DNA from: a virus | DNA length: 64,000 bases | IMG/VR virus record: IMGVR_UViG_3300009124_000007 | Span: 1 to 64,000 of that record | Reading direction: 5' to 3' (one strand) | Shown here: piece after piece, positions 29,009 through 39,324 of the stretch | How the letters are laid out: each line of letters starts with the position of its first letter | Numbering within the stretch: position 1 is the stretch's first letter | Notes under the pieces: model-generated | The model's input: the letters and a program-made list of their open reading frames with translations, nothing else | Databases searched by the model: none | Told to the model about the DNA's origin: nothing | Made by a program: the position numbers and the translations under genes

Positions 29009-29461
29009 TCAGTCAATGACAGTGATCTCAGTAACGAATTGTCCTGTTGCAGATGAACCAGCACCACCAGCAGTCAGCGTGATAGCATGAGTTCTGTCAA
29101 TCGTACCTGCAAGTGTGCTAGCAGAACCAGCAGCATAAGAGCTAAGGTTACCGAAGTTGGGAACATCACCTGTGCTAACAGCAGATGCAGGAACACTATC
29201 TGCTGCGTTGTATGTTTCACTCAACGACCAATCTTGACCAGATGTAGTGACAGTGTATGTGCCAGCACCAGTGGAAACACCACCCATCGTGCCTGCCGTG
29301 ATGTTAGAACCAGAAGCAGAATAACTACCACCGATTCTCACTGCAGTAGAGCGAGCAGCATCAACAGTCAGTTGGACCGAAGAGGCGTGCTTAGTAACAA
29401 GACCACCAGCGTATGCAGGGGTTGCCATCAAAATCATTACGATAGGAAGAAGTTTACGCAT
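29009..29461 (-). CDS. hypothetical secreted Gly/Ser/Thr-rich protein
   Basis: Signal peptide MRKLLPIVMILMATPAYA. Confidence 0.8.
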   Translation of the reverse strand: MRKLLPIVMILMATPAYAGGLVTKHASSVQLTVDAARSTAVRIGGSYSASGSNITAGTMGGVSTGAGTYTVTTSGQDWSLSETYNAADSVPASAVSTGDVPNFGNLSSYAAGSASTLAGTIDRTHAITLTAGGAGSSATGQFVTEITVID

Positions 29462-29618
29462 TTTTCCATCGATTAGAAGTCCTATCTATATGTAGGTCGG
29501 GAAAACCTTACAGAGAAATACGGTTGACACCACTCATTTATTTCTAATAAGTTGTGTATATAATATGGTTGCCTTCGGGGACCACACATCAAACTCGCTT
29601 ATAAAAGGAGCATAACAA

Positions 29619-30065
29619 ATGACTGGACTGCGTAAGTTTGGCACCAAAGATCTTGGTGCGATCATCGACGCTGCTGAGCGTTATAGCGTCGGACTAGATG
29701 ACATTTTTTATAGACTACATTCCTATGGAATGGGGTCAGTCAACGAAGCGTATCCCCCTTACAATCTCGTGAAGGAATCCGAGATCAAGTGGAGGATCGA
29801 GATGGCACTTGCTGGCTGGTCGAAGGACGAGATTGAAGTTTCTACAGAATCTAACGTCCTCCTAGTCAGGTCTAAGGCGGCGAAGTCTAAAGGAGAAGAA
29901 GAGTACATGCATCGTGGCGTTGCAACTCGGACTTTCGCCAGAGGATTCAACTTGAGTGATGATGTTGAGATTGGTGATGTATCTTTCCAAAACGGAATGC
30001 TTGTGGTAGAATTGAGGAAGATCATTCCAGATCATCAGAAACTCAAGATTTATGATATTACATGA
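29619..30065 (+). CDS. hsp20: small heat shock protein
   Basis: YPPYNL, EMALAGW, YMHRGVATRTF, NGML. Confidence 0.95.
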   Translation: MTGLRKFGTKDLGAIIDAAERYSVGLDDIFYRLHSYGMGSVNEAYPPYNLVKESEIKWRIEMALAGWSKDEIEVSTESNVLLVRSKAAKSKGEEEYMHRGVATRTFARGFNLSDDVEIGDVSFQNGMLVVELRKIIPDHQKLKIYDIT

Positions 30066-30466
30066 TTCTAAAAAAACTTAGATTGAAACAGCGATGGTCT
30101 AACAGACCCCGCACTCGTAGAGAGTGGGTAAGATTATATGTTTCATATCTGAAGCGTATTCCAGAGAGGCAATACTGGCCAATCTTTATTATTCTGTCTC
30201 TCTACTTCGTCGTTCCGATGAGTGAGATTACCGTAACACTTGGAGCACTTCTCTATTTCAAATTTGAAAAGAGAGTTCGACCATCTATTGAAAAACTAAC
30301 CAGCAGATTGCCCGACTGGTTGCGTTATGGTGGCAGTATCATCTTCTTCCTAGTGATGATTGATGACACTTTGTTTTATTTTGGTTTGATGGCTCTGGCA
30401 TTCTGGAGCAGCAAGCAAGTCCAGAAGGAAGAAAATAATGTTATCTGTGAGGATACAGACACATGA
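30062..30466 (+). CDS. hypothetical membrane protein
   Basis: Several hydrophobic segments; ATGA coupling. Confidence 0.65.
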   Translation: MILKKLRLKQRWSNRPRTRREWVRLYVSYLKRIPERQYWPIFIILSLYFVVPMSEITVTLGALLYFKFEKRVRPSIEKLTSRLPDWLRYGGSIIFFLVMIDDTLFYFGLMALAFWSSKQVQKEENNVICEDTDT

Positions 30467-30654
30467 AATATCTGAAGGTATTACTTCATCCTATTACTCA
30501 ATTCAACCTGTTGGTTGTGGGGTTTCTGATTGTAATTCAGGGACTCCACCTTCAAGCCCATTACAGTATGGATCTTGATGTAGAATCTTATGTGACTGCC
30601 TTCTGTAAAAAGAATCTTGAAAAGTGTGAGAGAATTATCTCTAACTTTGATTGA
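30463..30654 (+). CDS. hypothetical protein
   Basis: Coupled ORF with one hydrophobic segment. Confidence 0.65.
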   Translation: MKYLKVLLHPITQFNLLVVGFLIVIQGLHLQAHYSMDLDVESYVTAFCKKNLEKCERIISNFD

Positions 30655-30670
30655 TATATAGTATACAACT

Positions 30671-30700
30671 AAAGAGACTCCCGCTGGGGGTCTCTTTTTA
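30671..30700 (+). terminator. intrinsic terminator
   Basis: AAAGAGACTCCC-GCT-GGGGGTCTCTTT followed by T residues. Confidence 0.8.
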
Positions 30701-30714
30701 TTTTGGAGGACATA

Positions 30715-30945
30715 ATGAATGTATTTGTGAACTGTTGTCCCAGTGGTTACAATGGTGAATCAGAACTAATCACAGTAGAAGTCCCATCAAAGTTTACTGA
30801 TGAAATGCTATCTTATGCTAGACTACTGTCTGATGAGTATGGCGTTTCCGAACGTAAAATTGTAAAGGACATCATCAAAGAATCGGCACTTGAAATTGAA
30901 AGGAGGTATTATGAGCGTAAAGATCGCAAGACTAAGAAACGGTGA
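30715..30945 (+). CDS. hypothetical protein
   Basis: GGAGGA RBS before ATG. Confidence 0.7.
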   Translation: MNVFVNCCPSGYNGESELITVEVPSKFTDEMLSYARLLSDEYGVSERKIVKDIIKESALEIERRYYERKDRKTKKR

Positions 30946-31285
30946 GGATGTCATCTCTGACATTCGTGAAGTACACTCTTCACCAGAACCAGAAGATGCT
31001 AGTGTTCCTATTGCATGGCAGTTGAATTATCCATATTCAATTCAAGTCTTGAGCATTCAGGCAGATGACGGTGTTGGTAAGATTCAAAAGATCAGTGAAC
31101 CTGAGTTGTTCTTTCAACCATGGGCACCACTTGCTTCTAAATCTGACATCATGCTCAGACTGGAAGAAGTCGTGAGTCTTTATGACCCTCACGATGCAGT
31201 AATGGAAAAGTATCAAGAAATTATGGAGGCACAGCAAGATGGACAACGTGAAAGTTCTTCTACTGAAGAACGGGAATCTGAATGA
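30911..31285 (+). CDS. conserved hypothetical protein
   Basis: AGGAGG RBS; LRNGEDVISDI...PWAPL. Confidence 0.75.
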   Translation: MSVKIARLRNGEDVISDIREVHSSPEPEDASVPIAWQLNYPYSIQVLSIQADDGVGKIQKISEPELFFQPWAPLASKSDIMLRLEEVVSLYDPHDAVMEKYQEIMEAQQDGQRESSSTEERESE

Positions 31286-31499
31286 TTATCTGATCGGTAG
31301 GGTTCAGGAACTAGATGAAGAACCCTCAGTCTTTATTGAGAAGTGTTATCGTATTACTGGCGAAGATATGGAACCATATCCTCGTTACAGCAAACAACGC
31401 GATCTCTTCTTGACATCCGACTCGATCTTTACTATAGTGGATCCGAACAAAGCAGTGTTAGAACTGTATTTGGATAAGGAGAAAAGCGAACCTTCATGA
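31239..31499 (+). CDS. conserved hypothetical protein upstream of gp43
   Basis: GGAGG RBS; SDSIFTIVDP. Confidence 0.75.
   Translation: MDNVKVLLLKNGNLNDYLIGRVQELDEEPSVFIEKCYRITGEDMEPYPRYSKQRDLFLTSDSIFTIVDPNKAVLELYLDKEKSEPS
31410..31438 (+). promoter_or_regulatory. sigma70-type promoter for gp43, embedded in the upstream ORF
   Basis: TTGACA-17-TATAGT. Confidence 0.7.
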
Positions 31500-33976
31500 G
31501 TTTCTATACTAACGTCGAACTGATCGGTGACAACGTGTTGTATCGTGGGTATGAGAATGGGCAGCGAGTCCAGTCTCGTACCCATTTTTCTCCCACGCTG
31601 TTTATTACTTCAAACAAGAAGGAGAAGCACAAGACTCTAACTGGAAAGGACGTAAAACCAATCCAGTTTGAATCGCCTCGTGAAGCACGAGAGTTCATCG
31701 GTAAGTATGAAGATGTGCATGGCGTAGAAGTTCATGGATATGAGAGGTTCGTTTATCAATTCATCTCAGACCAGTTCCCTGGCGAGATTGAATATGATAT
31801 GACCCAGATGAATATCATTACGATTGACATTGAGGTTGCATGTGAGAATGGATTCCCTGATGTAGAAAGTGCAGCAGAAGAAATGCTGCTGATCACAGTC
31901 AAGAATATGATGACAAAAGAAGTCATCACTTGGGGCACTAGGGAATACAATACGGATCAAATTGAATATCGTGTCTTCTGGACTGAGCAGGAGATGCTAA
32001 ACGATTTTGTTGGGTGGTGGGTAGATAACACCCCCGATGTTGTAACAGGATGGAACTGTAACCTGTATGACATTCCATACCTGTGTCGTCGTATCAATCG
32101 TGTCCTAGGTGAGAAGTGGATGAAGTCCCTGTCACCATGGAACAAAGTGAACGAGCGAGAGATTGTAATCATGGGCAGGACTCAACTTGCCTATGAAGTT
32201 GTTGGTGTGTCTGTTCTGGACTATCTGGATCTGTATAAGAAGTTTACTTATACCAACCAAGAGTCATACAAACTAGACCATATTGCCAATGTAGAACTGG
32301 GGCAGAAGAAACTCGATCACTCCGAGTTCGATACTTTCAAAGATTTCTATACACAAGATTGGCAGAAGTTCGTCGTCTACAACATTCTTGACGTGGAACT
32401 GGTGGACAGACTTGAAGATAAAATGAAGTTGCTTGAACTTGCATTGACTATGGCATATGATGCCAAAGTGAACTTTGAGGATGTTTATAGTCAGGTCCGC
32501 ATGTGGGACACTCTAATCTATAATTATCTAAAGGATCGCAACCTCGTGGTTCCACCACGAAGAGGTGCCAAGAAAGATGAAAAGTATGCAGGTGCTTATG
32601 TCAAAGAACCGATTCCTGGAAAGTATGATTGGGTTGTGTCTTTTGACCTCAACTCTCTGTACCCTCATCTTATTATGCAGTACAACATCTCGCCAGAGAC
32701 ACTGGTCGAGAAACGACATCCCTATGCCACAGTTGACAAAATACTTTCTAAGCAAATAGAAGTTGATAGAGAGTATTGTGTATGTGCTAATGGTGCTCAG
32801 TACCGCAAAGATGTGCATGGGTTCCTACCCGAAATGATGCAAAAAATTTATGATGAACGAAAGATTTACAAGCGTAAGATGTTGGATGCAAAACAAGAAT
32901 ACGAAGCATCTCCGTCCGATTCACTTCAAAAGACCATTTCTAGATACAACAACTTCCAAATGGCAAGAAAGATCCAACTCAACTCTGCCTATGGTGCCAT
33001 TGGAAACCAATACTTCCGCTACTACAATCTGGCAAATGCTGAGGCGATCACTCTCTCGGGTCAAGTCTCGATTCGTTGGATTGAGGGGAAGGTAAACGAC
33101 TACCTAAACAAACTACTAAAAACGGAGGACCACGATTATGTTATTGCCAGTGATACTGACAGCATCTATATCTGTCTTGATCTACTTGTCCGTAGCGTAT
33201 TTGATGTACAGAATGTTCCTGCAGAGAGGATCGTCAACTTTCTCGATGCTGCCTGTAAGGAGCGAATCGAACCATTCATCGAACGATCCTACCAGGAACT
33301 AGCAGACTATGTTGGTGCTTATGAACAGAAGATGTTCATGAAGCGCGAGAACATTGCTAACAAAGGTATCTGGACTGCTAAGAAGCGATACATCCTCAAC
33401 GTCTGGGACAGTGAGGGTGTTCGCTATGAGAAACCTAAACTGAAGATGATGGGTATTGAAGCAGTCAAGTCTTCAACCCCTGGTCCCTGCAGGCAAAAGA
33501 TCAAAGACGCACTGCAGGTTATTATGAATGGTACTGAAGAAGAGGTGCAGAAATTTATTGCTGACTTCCGAGAAGAGTTTCGATCGTTGCCAGTCGAAGA
33601 TATTTCATTCCCACGAGGTTGTAACAATCTAAATAAGTGGTCGAGTCCAGCGACCATCTACTCGAAGGGAACACCTATCCATGTACGTGGCGCTTTGCTC
33701 TACAACTTCCACATCAAAAATAATAAACTCACTCACAAGTATCAACTTATTCAGGATGGTGATAAAGTCAAGTTTGTTTATTTGAAGACCCCAAACAAAA
33801 TCGGTGAGAACGTTATTAGTTTCATCGGTACGTTTCCTATGGAATTGCAACTTGACAATCAGGTAGACTATGACCTACAATTCGACAAGAGTTTTCTTGA
33901 ACCATTGAAAGTCATCATGGACACTATTGGGTGGAAGTCCGAAAAAGTAGCATCACTGGAGTTTCTATTTGGATGA
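31496..33976 (+). CDS. gp43: family B DNA polymerase
   Basis: ExoI DIEV; SFDLNSLYP, KIQLNSAYG, SDTDS; no intein seen. Confidence 0.98.
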   Translation: MSFYTNVELIGDNVLYRGYENGQRVQSRTHFSPTLFITSNKKEKHKTLTGKDVKPIQFESPREAREFIGKYEDVHGVEVHGYERFVYQFISDQFPGEIEYDMTQMNIITIDIEVACENGFPDVESAAEEMLLITVKNMMTKEVITWGTREYNTDQIEYRVFWTEQEMLNDFVGWWVDNTPDVVTGWNCNLYDIPYLCRRINRVLGEKWMKSLSPWNKVNEREIVIMGRTQLAYEVVGVSVLDYLDLYKKFTYTNQESYKLDHIANVELGQKKLDHSEFDTFKDFYTQDWQKFVVYNILDVELVDRLEDKMKLLELALTMAYDAKVNFEDVYSQVRMWDTLIYNYLKDRNLVVPPRRGAKKDEKYAGAYVKEPIPGKYDWVVSFDLNSLYPHLIMQYNISPETLVEKRHPYATVDKILSKQIEVDREYCVCANGAQYRKDVHGFLPEMMQKIYDERKIYKRKMLDAKQEYEASPSDSLQKTISRYNNFQMARKIQLNSAYGAIGNQYFRYYNLANAEAITLSGQVSIRWIEGKVNDYLNKLLKTEDHDYVIASDTDSIYICLDLLVRSVFDVQNVPAERIVNFLDAACKERIEPFIERSYQELADYVGAYEQKMFMKRENIANKGIWTAKKRYILNVWDSEGVRYEKPKLKMMGIEAVKSSTPGPCRQKIKDALQVIMNGTEEEVQKFIADFREEFRSLPVEDISFPRGCNNLNKWSSPATIYSKGTPIHVRGALLYNFHIKNNKLTHKYQLIQDGDKVKFVYLKTPNKIGENVISFIGTFPMELQLDNQVDYDLQFDKSFLEPLKVIMDTIGWKSEKVASLEFLFG

Positions 33977-34125
33977 GTAAAAAGTACATCGTATCCTATC
34001 AAAAAGCATTTGGTTTCTCTGTCCGTGAGGAGAAAGAGTTTACGAATGAAGAAGACGCAAAATGGTTTTCCCGTGCCATGAAACGGGCACAATATATCAC
34101 AACAATTTTGGAGGACAAAGCGTGA
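33973..34125 (+). CDS. hypothetical protein
   Basis: ATGA and GTGA coupling on both sides. Confidence 0.65.
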   Translation: MSKKYIVSYQKAFGFSVREEKEFTNEEDAKWFSRAMKRAQYITTILEDKA

Positions 34126-35138
34126 ATTTTCTACAGGATGTAGTAAAGGAGATTGGTAATGAGTATGCTGGTTTGGTTGCTGACGGAGTGGCAGCAGGAG
34201 ATACTGAGTCTTACATTGATACTGGTAGTTACATTTTCAATGCTCTGGTTAGTGGTTCAATCTACGGTGGAGTCCCCTCAAACAAGATCACTGCTATCGC
34301 TGGTGAGTCTAGTACTGGCAAGACTTTCTTTTGTCTTGGGATTGTCCAGCATTTTCTTGAATCTAACCCCGATGCTGGGGTAATCTACTTTGAATCTGAG
34401 TCTGCTATTACTAAAAGTATGATCGTTGAACGTGGCATTGATGCCAATCGTATGATGATCGTTCCTGTTACTACTGTGCAGGAGTTTCGTACTCAAGCAC
34501 TGAAAATTCTCGATAAGTATCTTGAGGTAAAGAAAGAAGATCGTCAACCTATGATGTTTGTTCTGGATTCTCTAGGCATGTTGTCCACAACAAAGGAGAT
34601 TGAAGACTCCTCTGAGGGCAAAGAAACGAGAGATATGACTCGCGCACAAGTCACTAAGGCAATCTTCCGTGTACTGACCCTGAAACTAGGTAAGGCAAAT
34701 GTTCCTATGCTGGTGACTAACCATACATATGACGTGGTTGGTGCCTATGTACCCACTAAGGAGATGGGTGGAGGTAGCGGTCTCAAGTATGCTGCCAGCA
34801 CTATCATCTATCTCTCCAAGTCAAAGGAGAAAGATGGTAAGGAAGTGATCGGCAACATTATCAAGTGTAAAGCACATAAGTCTCGTTTGACAAAGGAGAA
34901 CTCTCAGGTTGAAACCCGTCTTTACTACGATCGTGGACTGGACAAGTATTACGGACTACTGGAACTGGGTGAGAAGTACGGAGTCTTCGAGCGGGTGGGG
35001 AATCGTATCAAGATTGATGGTACTTCTGTTTATCCTAAGAGTATTCTCAGCGATCCTGAGAAGTATTTCACGCCAGAAATAATGCAGGCACTTGACGAAT
35101 CAGCAGCAAAGGAGTTTAGATATGGAAACGACGCTTGA
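34122..35138 (+). CDS. uvsX: RecA-like recombinase
   Basis: [22 protein letters not shown]. Confidence 0.96.
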   Translation: MNFLQDVVKEIGNEYAGLVADGVAAGDTESYIDTGSYIFNALVSGSIYGGVPSNKITAIAGESSTGKTFFCLGIVQHFLESNPDAGVIYFESESAITKSMIVERGIDANRMMIVPVTTVQEFRTQALKILDKYLEVKKEDRQPMMFVLDSLGMLSTTKEIEDSSEGKETRDMTRAQVTKAIFRVLTLKLGKANVPMLVTNHTYDVVGAYVPTKEMGGGSGLKYAASTIIYLSKSKEKDGKEVIGNIIKCKAHKSRLTKENSQVETRLYYDRGLDKYYGLLELGEKYGVFERVGNRIKIDGTSVYPKSILSDPEKYFTPEIMQALDESAAKEFRYGNDA

Positions 35139-35682
35139 TAACTATATCAGAGAGTACGATAACATCGTTCCACCTACTTTCTGCAATCATGTAATCAATA
35201 CATTTGAACTATCTGAGAAAGTAGAGGTCGATAGAGAATTTCGTCCTAAGTGGGAGGAGTTCAATATCTCTCAACACTACGATGATCCCCAATATGGATT
35301 GATTCAAAATGAAGTACAAAAGTATTTCATTGATGCCATCAAACTGTATATGGAAGACCTGCAATGTGGTGTGGACTTCCCTGCAAAGTATTGCTTTGAG
35401 GAATATCGTATCAAAAAGTATAGAGCACATAGTGAAGATCAGTTCAGAGACCACGTTGATGTACAAGATCTTCGTTCTGCTAGACGATTCATGGTCGTCA
35501 TGCTATACTTGAACAGTGTTGATGAAGGTGGTGAAACACATTTCCCTCTAATCAATCGGACAGTGAAACCTCAAACAGGAAAACTTCTTCTGTTCCCATC
35601 AAACTGGCAGTATCGACATGCTGGTAGACCAGTTCAATCTAACAACAAGTACATTCTCGGATCCTATCTCCACTACCTATGA
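35122..35682 (+). CDS. 2OG-Fe(II) oxygenase (prolyl 4-hydroxylase-like)
   Basis: [20 protein letters not shown]. Confidence 0.88.
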   Translation: METTLDNYIREYDNIVPPTFCNHVINTFELSEKVEVDREFRPKWEEFNISQHYDDPQYGLIQNEVQKYFIDAIKLYMEDLQCGVDFPAKYCFEEYRIKKYRAHSEDQFRDHVDVQDLRSARRFMVVMLYLNSVDEGGETHFPLINRTVKPQTGKLLLFPSNWQYRHAGRPVQSNNKYILGSYLHYL

Positions 35683-37061
35683 ACATCGAAGAATTGATTA
35701 TAAATAACCTTTTGTTTCAAGAGGAGTATAGTCGTAAGGTTCTTCCGTTCATAAAGAGAGAGTATTTTTCTACGAACTCTTTGGGTATTCTCTTTGAAGA
35801 AGTCCAGAGTTACATTGAGAAGTACAATAAAGTAATCAGTCCTGAGATCTTATCCATTGAGGTTGAGAACAGATCTGATTTGAATGAAGACCAATACAAA
35901 GAAGCGTCTTCTGTTATTGGATCTCTTTCTGGCGACAAGAGTGAGTTGCAATGGATTCTCGATTCTACTGAAAGGTGGTGTCAAGAACGTGCAATCTATC
36001 TTGCCCTGATGGAATCAATCAAGATTGCAGACGGACAAGATGCTAAGCGTGAGAAGGGAGCAATCCCCCAGATCCTCTCTGAAGCATTGGGTGTATCATT
36101 TGACACTCACATTGGTCACGATTACATTTCAGATTCAGATGAAAGATTTGCCTCTTATCATAAAGTTGAAAAGAAAATCCCCTTCGATCTGGATTTCTTC
36201 AATAAAATTACGAAGGGCGGTCTCCCTAACAAAACTCTCAATATCGCACTCGCTGGCACTGGCGTTGGCAAATCTCTGTTTATGTGCCACTGTGCTGCCG
36301 CTACCCTCCTCCAGGGCAAGAACGTCCTTTATATCACACTGGAAATGGCAGAGGAGAAGATCGCAGAGCGTATTGACGCGAATCTTCTCAACGTCAAAAT
36401 CCAAGAGTTAGGTAATCTTCCCAAACCTATGTTTGATAAGAAGATCAATAGTCTTGGGAAGAAGACACAGGGCAAACTAATCATCAAAGAGTATCCTACT
36501 GCGAGTGCTCATGTCGGACATTTTTCTTCTTTGTTTAGTGATCTTGCTCTCAAGAGGGACTTTAGACCCGATATTATCTTCGTGGATTACCTCAATATTT
36601 GTGCTTCATCAAGATATAAGGGAAGTCTCGTCAACTCGTATACCTATGTCAAAGCAATTGCTGAAGAACTACGGGGTATGGCGGTGGAGCATGATGTACC
36701 TGTGGTGTCTGCTACGCAGACCACTCGTGCTGGTTATGGTAGCAGTGACGTTGATATTACTGATACTAGTGAATCCTTTGGTCTTCCTGCCACTGCTGAT
36801 CTTATGTTCGCCCTTATTTCTACTGAAGAACTTGAGGGTATGAATCAGATCATGGTCAAGCAGTTGAAGAACCGCTACAACGATATCTCCATAAACAAAC
36901 GATTCTGCGTGGGTATTGACAGGGCAAAGATGAGGTTGTATGATGTAGAGCAATCAGCTCAGGATGATATTCAAGATTCGGGACAGACTGAATCTTCACG
37001 ACCATCTATTCTAGACAAATTCAAAACAAACAAAACATTCCAAGATCTAAAGTATGATTGA
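35679..37061 (+). CDS. gp41: replicative DNA helicase
   Basis: AGTGVGKS, FVDYL, SATQTTR, QLKNRY. Confidence 0.97.
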   Translation: MNIEELIINNLLFQEEYSRKVLPFIKREYFSTNSLGILFEEVQSYIEKYNKVISPEILSIEVENRSDLNEDQYKEASSVIGSLSGDKSELQWILDSTERWCQERAIYLALMESIKIADGQDAKREKGAIPQILSEALGVSFDTHIGHDYISDSDERFASYHKVEKKIPFDLDFFNKITKGGLPNKTLNIALAGTGVGKSLFMCHCAAATLLQGKNVLYITLEMAEEKIAERIDANLLNVKIQELGNLPKPMFDKKINSLGKKTQGKLIIKEYPTASAHVGHFSSLFSDLALKRDFRPDIIFVDYLNICASSRYKGSLVNSYTYVKAIAEELRGMAVEHDVPVVSATQTTRAGYGSSDVDITDTSESFGLPATADLMFALISTEELEGMNQIMVKQLKNRYNDISINKRFCVGIDRAKMRLYDVEQSAQDDIQDSGQTESSRPSILDKFKTNKTFQDLKYD

Positions 37062-37455
37062 CCTTCAAAAATATGTCGAATTCGTTGACTCTACTACTTC
37101 TTCGCCCAGTAAAAACTACTATGATTTTGCCCAGCGCATTGCCGTTCTGCAGGATCAGGAATTTCCTACCGAGCGACTGCTTACTGCTGCTGTAGGTATG
37201 TCTGCTGAGGCAGGTGAGTTTACTGAGATTATCAAGAAGATTATCTTTCAGGGCAAACCCGTCAATGAAGAGAATCTATTCCACCTAAAGCGTGAACTGG
37301 GTGACATCATGTGGTATGTTGCTCAAGCATGTATGGGTCTTGATATTTCTCTTGATGAAGTGATTCAAATGAATTTTGAAAAACTGACTGCCCGCTATCC
37401 AGAGGGTGCTTTTACTATCGAACATTCCGAAAACCGTAAGGAGGGTGACCTGTGA
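37054..37455 (+). CDS. mazG: MazG nucleotide pyrophosphohydrolase
   Basis: AEAGEFTEIIKK, ELGDIMWY, KLTARYP. Confidence 0.94.
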   Translation: MIDLQKYVEFVDSTTSSPSKNYYDFAQRIAVLQDQEFPTERLLTAAVGMSAEAGEFTEIIKKIIFQGKPVNEENLFHLKRELGDIMWYVAQACMGLDISLDEVIQMNFEKLTARYPEGAFTIEHSENRKEGDL

Positions 37456-37598
37456 CCAATCGCGAATTTATTGACAAGAACGGTAACACTTGGACTTGGG
37501 AGGAAACTCCTGAGACTATTGAAGCACTGAAGAAACTACATTCATCTGTAGTGGATACTGAACTAAAACGACCAAACAAACCAAGTAATAATGCTTAG
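37452..37598 (+). CDS. small hypothetical protein (48 aa, not in the ORF track)
   Basis: GTG start coupled to the mazG stop; MTNREFIDKNGNTWTWEETPET. Confidence 0.6.
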   Translation: MTNREFIDKNGNTWTWEETPETIEALKKLHSSVVDTELKRPNKPSNNA

Positions 37599-37788
37599 TT
37601 TCTGGATTCACTTGGTAGCATTCTTCCAAGTTGTCGTGATGAATTGCATTCAACCTGCCAACTGGAAGTATTGCTACCGTGTTGACCAGTGGTTGATCCC
37701 AGATCTTGTAGAAGGTTATGAGATCTGGACTCAGAAAAAACATCCTTATCAAAACGAAAAGGAATACCTAAATCGCATTGATAAATAA
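37591..37788 (+). CDS. hypothetical protein
   Basis: NCIQPANWKYCYRVDQWL, typical of cyanophage ORFs (recalled). Confidence 0.7.
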   Translation: MLSFWIHLVAFFQVVVMNCIQPANWKYCYRVDQWLIPDLVEGYEIWTQKKHPYQNEKEYLNRIDK

Positions 37789-37811
37789 GGGGGTAGAGTC
37801 CCCTCTTTTTT
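37787..37811 (+). terminator. intrinsic terminator preceded by a late-promoter-like ATAAATA
   Basis: AAGGGGG-TAGAGT-CCCCTCT followed by a T-run. Confidence 0.65.
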
Positions 37812-39233
37812 ATGGCTTCCACAATGTATAATATGCCTCTTGCTGAGGCTAAAAAGAAAGCAAAGACCATGAAGATTGATACACTCTTCAATAAAGCCGT
37901 GGCGGGAATACCAGAACCAGAATACTTCTTTGCGGATTCTCTGTGGAGACCCAATACAAGATCTATGTGGACGATCAAAACTGGTGAAAACAATATTGAT
38001 AAAATTGAAGAAATTCTTAGTAAAGAAGATCCGAATGTAGATATCAAAGTCAAAGCAGGAAAAGCGACTTTGGATTATCAAATGGGTCAGTATAAAATTA
38101 GATGGATTGCAAGTAATAAGAAATCTGCAGGAGCAGCAGATGCTAAGACAACTGCTATGCAAGAGAGAGCATCTGCATGGATTTTTCGTAGAGTCTTGAA
38201 TGATAACCAATCTTATAATTCTTGGACAGACATCAAACAAGATGCTAAGTATGGTGAACTTGAAAAGATATATCCAAATGTAGAAGAAGAGTGGTTGAAA
38301 GTATTCTATGCACAGCAAGCAAGAATGCTCAAAGAATTCGCACCAACGAAATTTTCTGAGTTCAATCGTGATGGTGGATTCATGGATTATATTACTAAAG
38401 TTGTTAGGGAAAAATTTGGTATCAGTAAGAAAGATACTTGGAACCCAGCAGACATTTGGTGCATTCAGGATGAGGCTGGTGTGACCAGATTGATTGAACA
38501 AACTGTAGATGGTAATGGATCTCAAACTATTCTTGAATTGAACGCAGTTCTTAGGAAGTTGTATCGTGATCGTAAGGTAGTTGGAATCTCTCTAAAGAAA
38601 GTATCGGGCAAAGTTGCTAAGTTTGAAGAAGTCAATGTTAGAGAAGATGCATTGAATGATGATTATAACTTTGATATCAAGAGTTATGAATGCAAAGTCA
38701 ATTTGAAAAATGGTGATGAGTGGGATTCGCTTGCATGTAGAATCATTGTTGGATCTAATGATGCTGAATATAACTTTCAGATTCAGGGGAATGATACCAC
38801 TAAGGAATCAAATCTAAAATTTGAACCAACACAAAAGGGAGCACAAGCAGCTCGTATGGGTAAGGCACCAGTTGACATGGTTGCTAAACTAATTGAAGAT
38901 AATAAAATGGATTTTGAAAATAATCATAATAAGTACCCAGCTAATGCAACTGAGTTCAATAAAAAGGCAGATGAATATAAGAAACTATTCAGCAAACTAA
39001 AAACAAAGGGAGTTGATGTTGGAGGAGTTACAAAGCAGACTGACTTTCTTGTAAATATTCAAACTGTATTTGCAAACAAACCACATACAGCAAAGGCAAA
39101 ACTCATGGAGATGAAATTTATTGAAGCAGTTATTGATCTGGATGATAAGAAACGAGAAGAGTTCATGACTGATATGGTCTTCATCGCTGCCAAGAAAGGC
39201 AAACGCTTTGGACCATTTGGCAAACTGTACTAA
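37812..39233 (+). CDS. hypothetical protein, possible PD-(D/E)xK-variant nuclease
   Basis: 473 aa; QE...WNPADIW...GISLKK pattern; A/T-rich codons. Confidence 0.6.
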   Translation: MASTMYNMPLAEAKKKAKTMKIDTLFNKAVAGIPEPEYFFADSLWRPNTRSMWTIKTGENNIDKIEEILSKEDPNVDIKVKAGKATLDYQMGQYKIRWIASNKKSAGAADAKTTAMQERASAWIFRRVLNDNQSYNSWTDIKQDAKYGELEKIYPNVEEEWLKVFYAQQARMLKEFAPTKFSEFNRDGGFMDYITKVVREKFGISKKDTWNPADIWCIQDEAGVTRLIEQTVDGNGSQTILELNAVLRKLYRDRKVVGISLKKVSGKVAKFEEVNVREDALNDDYNFDIKSYECKVNLKNGDEWDSLACRIIVGSNDAEYNFQIQGNDTTKESNLKFEPTQKGAQAARMGKAPVDMVAKLIEDNKMDFENNHNKYPANATEFNKKADEYKKLFSKLKTKGVDVGGVTKQTDFLVNIQTVFANKPHTAKAKLMEMKFIEAVIDLDDKKREEFMTDMVFIAAKKGKRFGPFGKLY

Positions 39234-39263
39234 AAGCAGGGACTATATAAAAACTGTCACAAG

Positions 39264-39285
39264 ACCCCCGCCACGGGGGTTTTTT
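39264..39285 (+). terminator. intrinsic terminator
   Basis: ACCCCCG-CCA-CGGGGGT followed by a T-run. Confidence 0.8.
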
Positions 39286-39324
39286 CATGCTAGTATATAA
39301 GGGTCAAAGAAAAACGCCCTTTCT

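Noticed and set aside
29566-29612. Hairpin in the hsp20 leader as an RNA thermometer
   Set aside because: The small TTCG hairpin does not clearly sequester the AAGGAG RBS.
37749-38525. 258-aa minus-strand ORF
   Set aside because: Antisense to ORF 37812; composition typical of a reverse frame.
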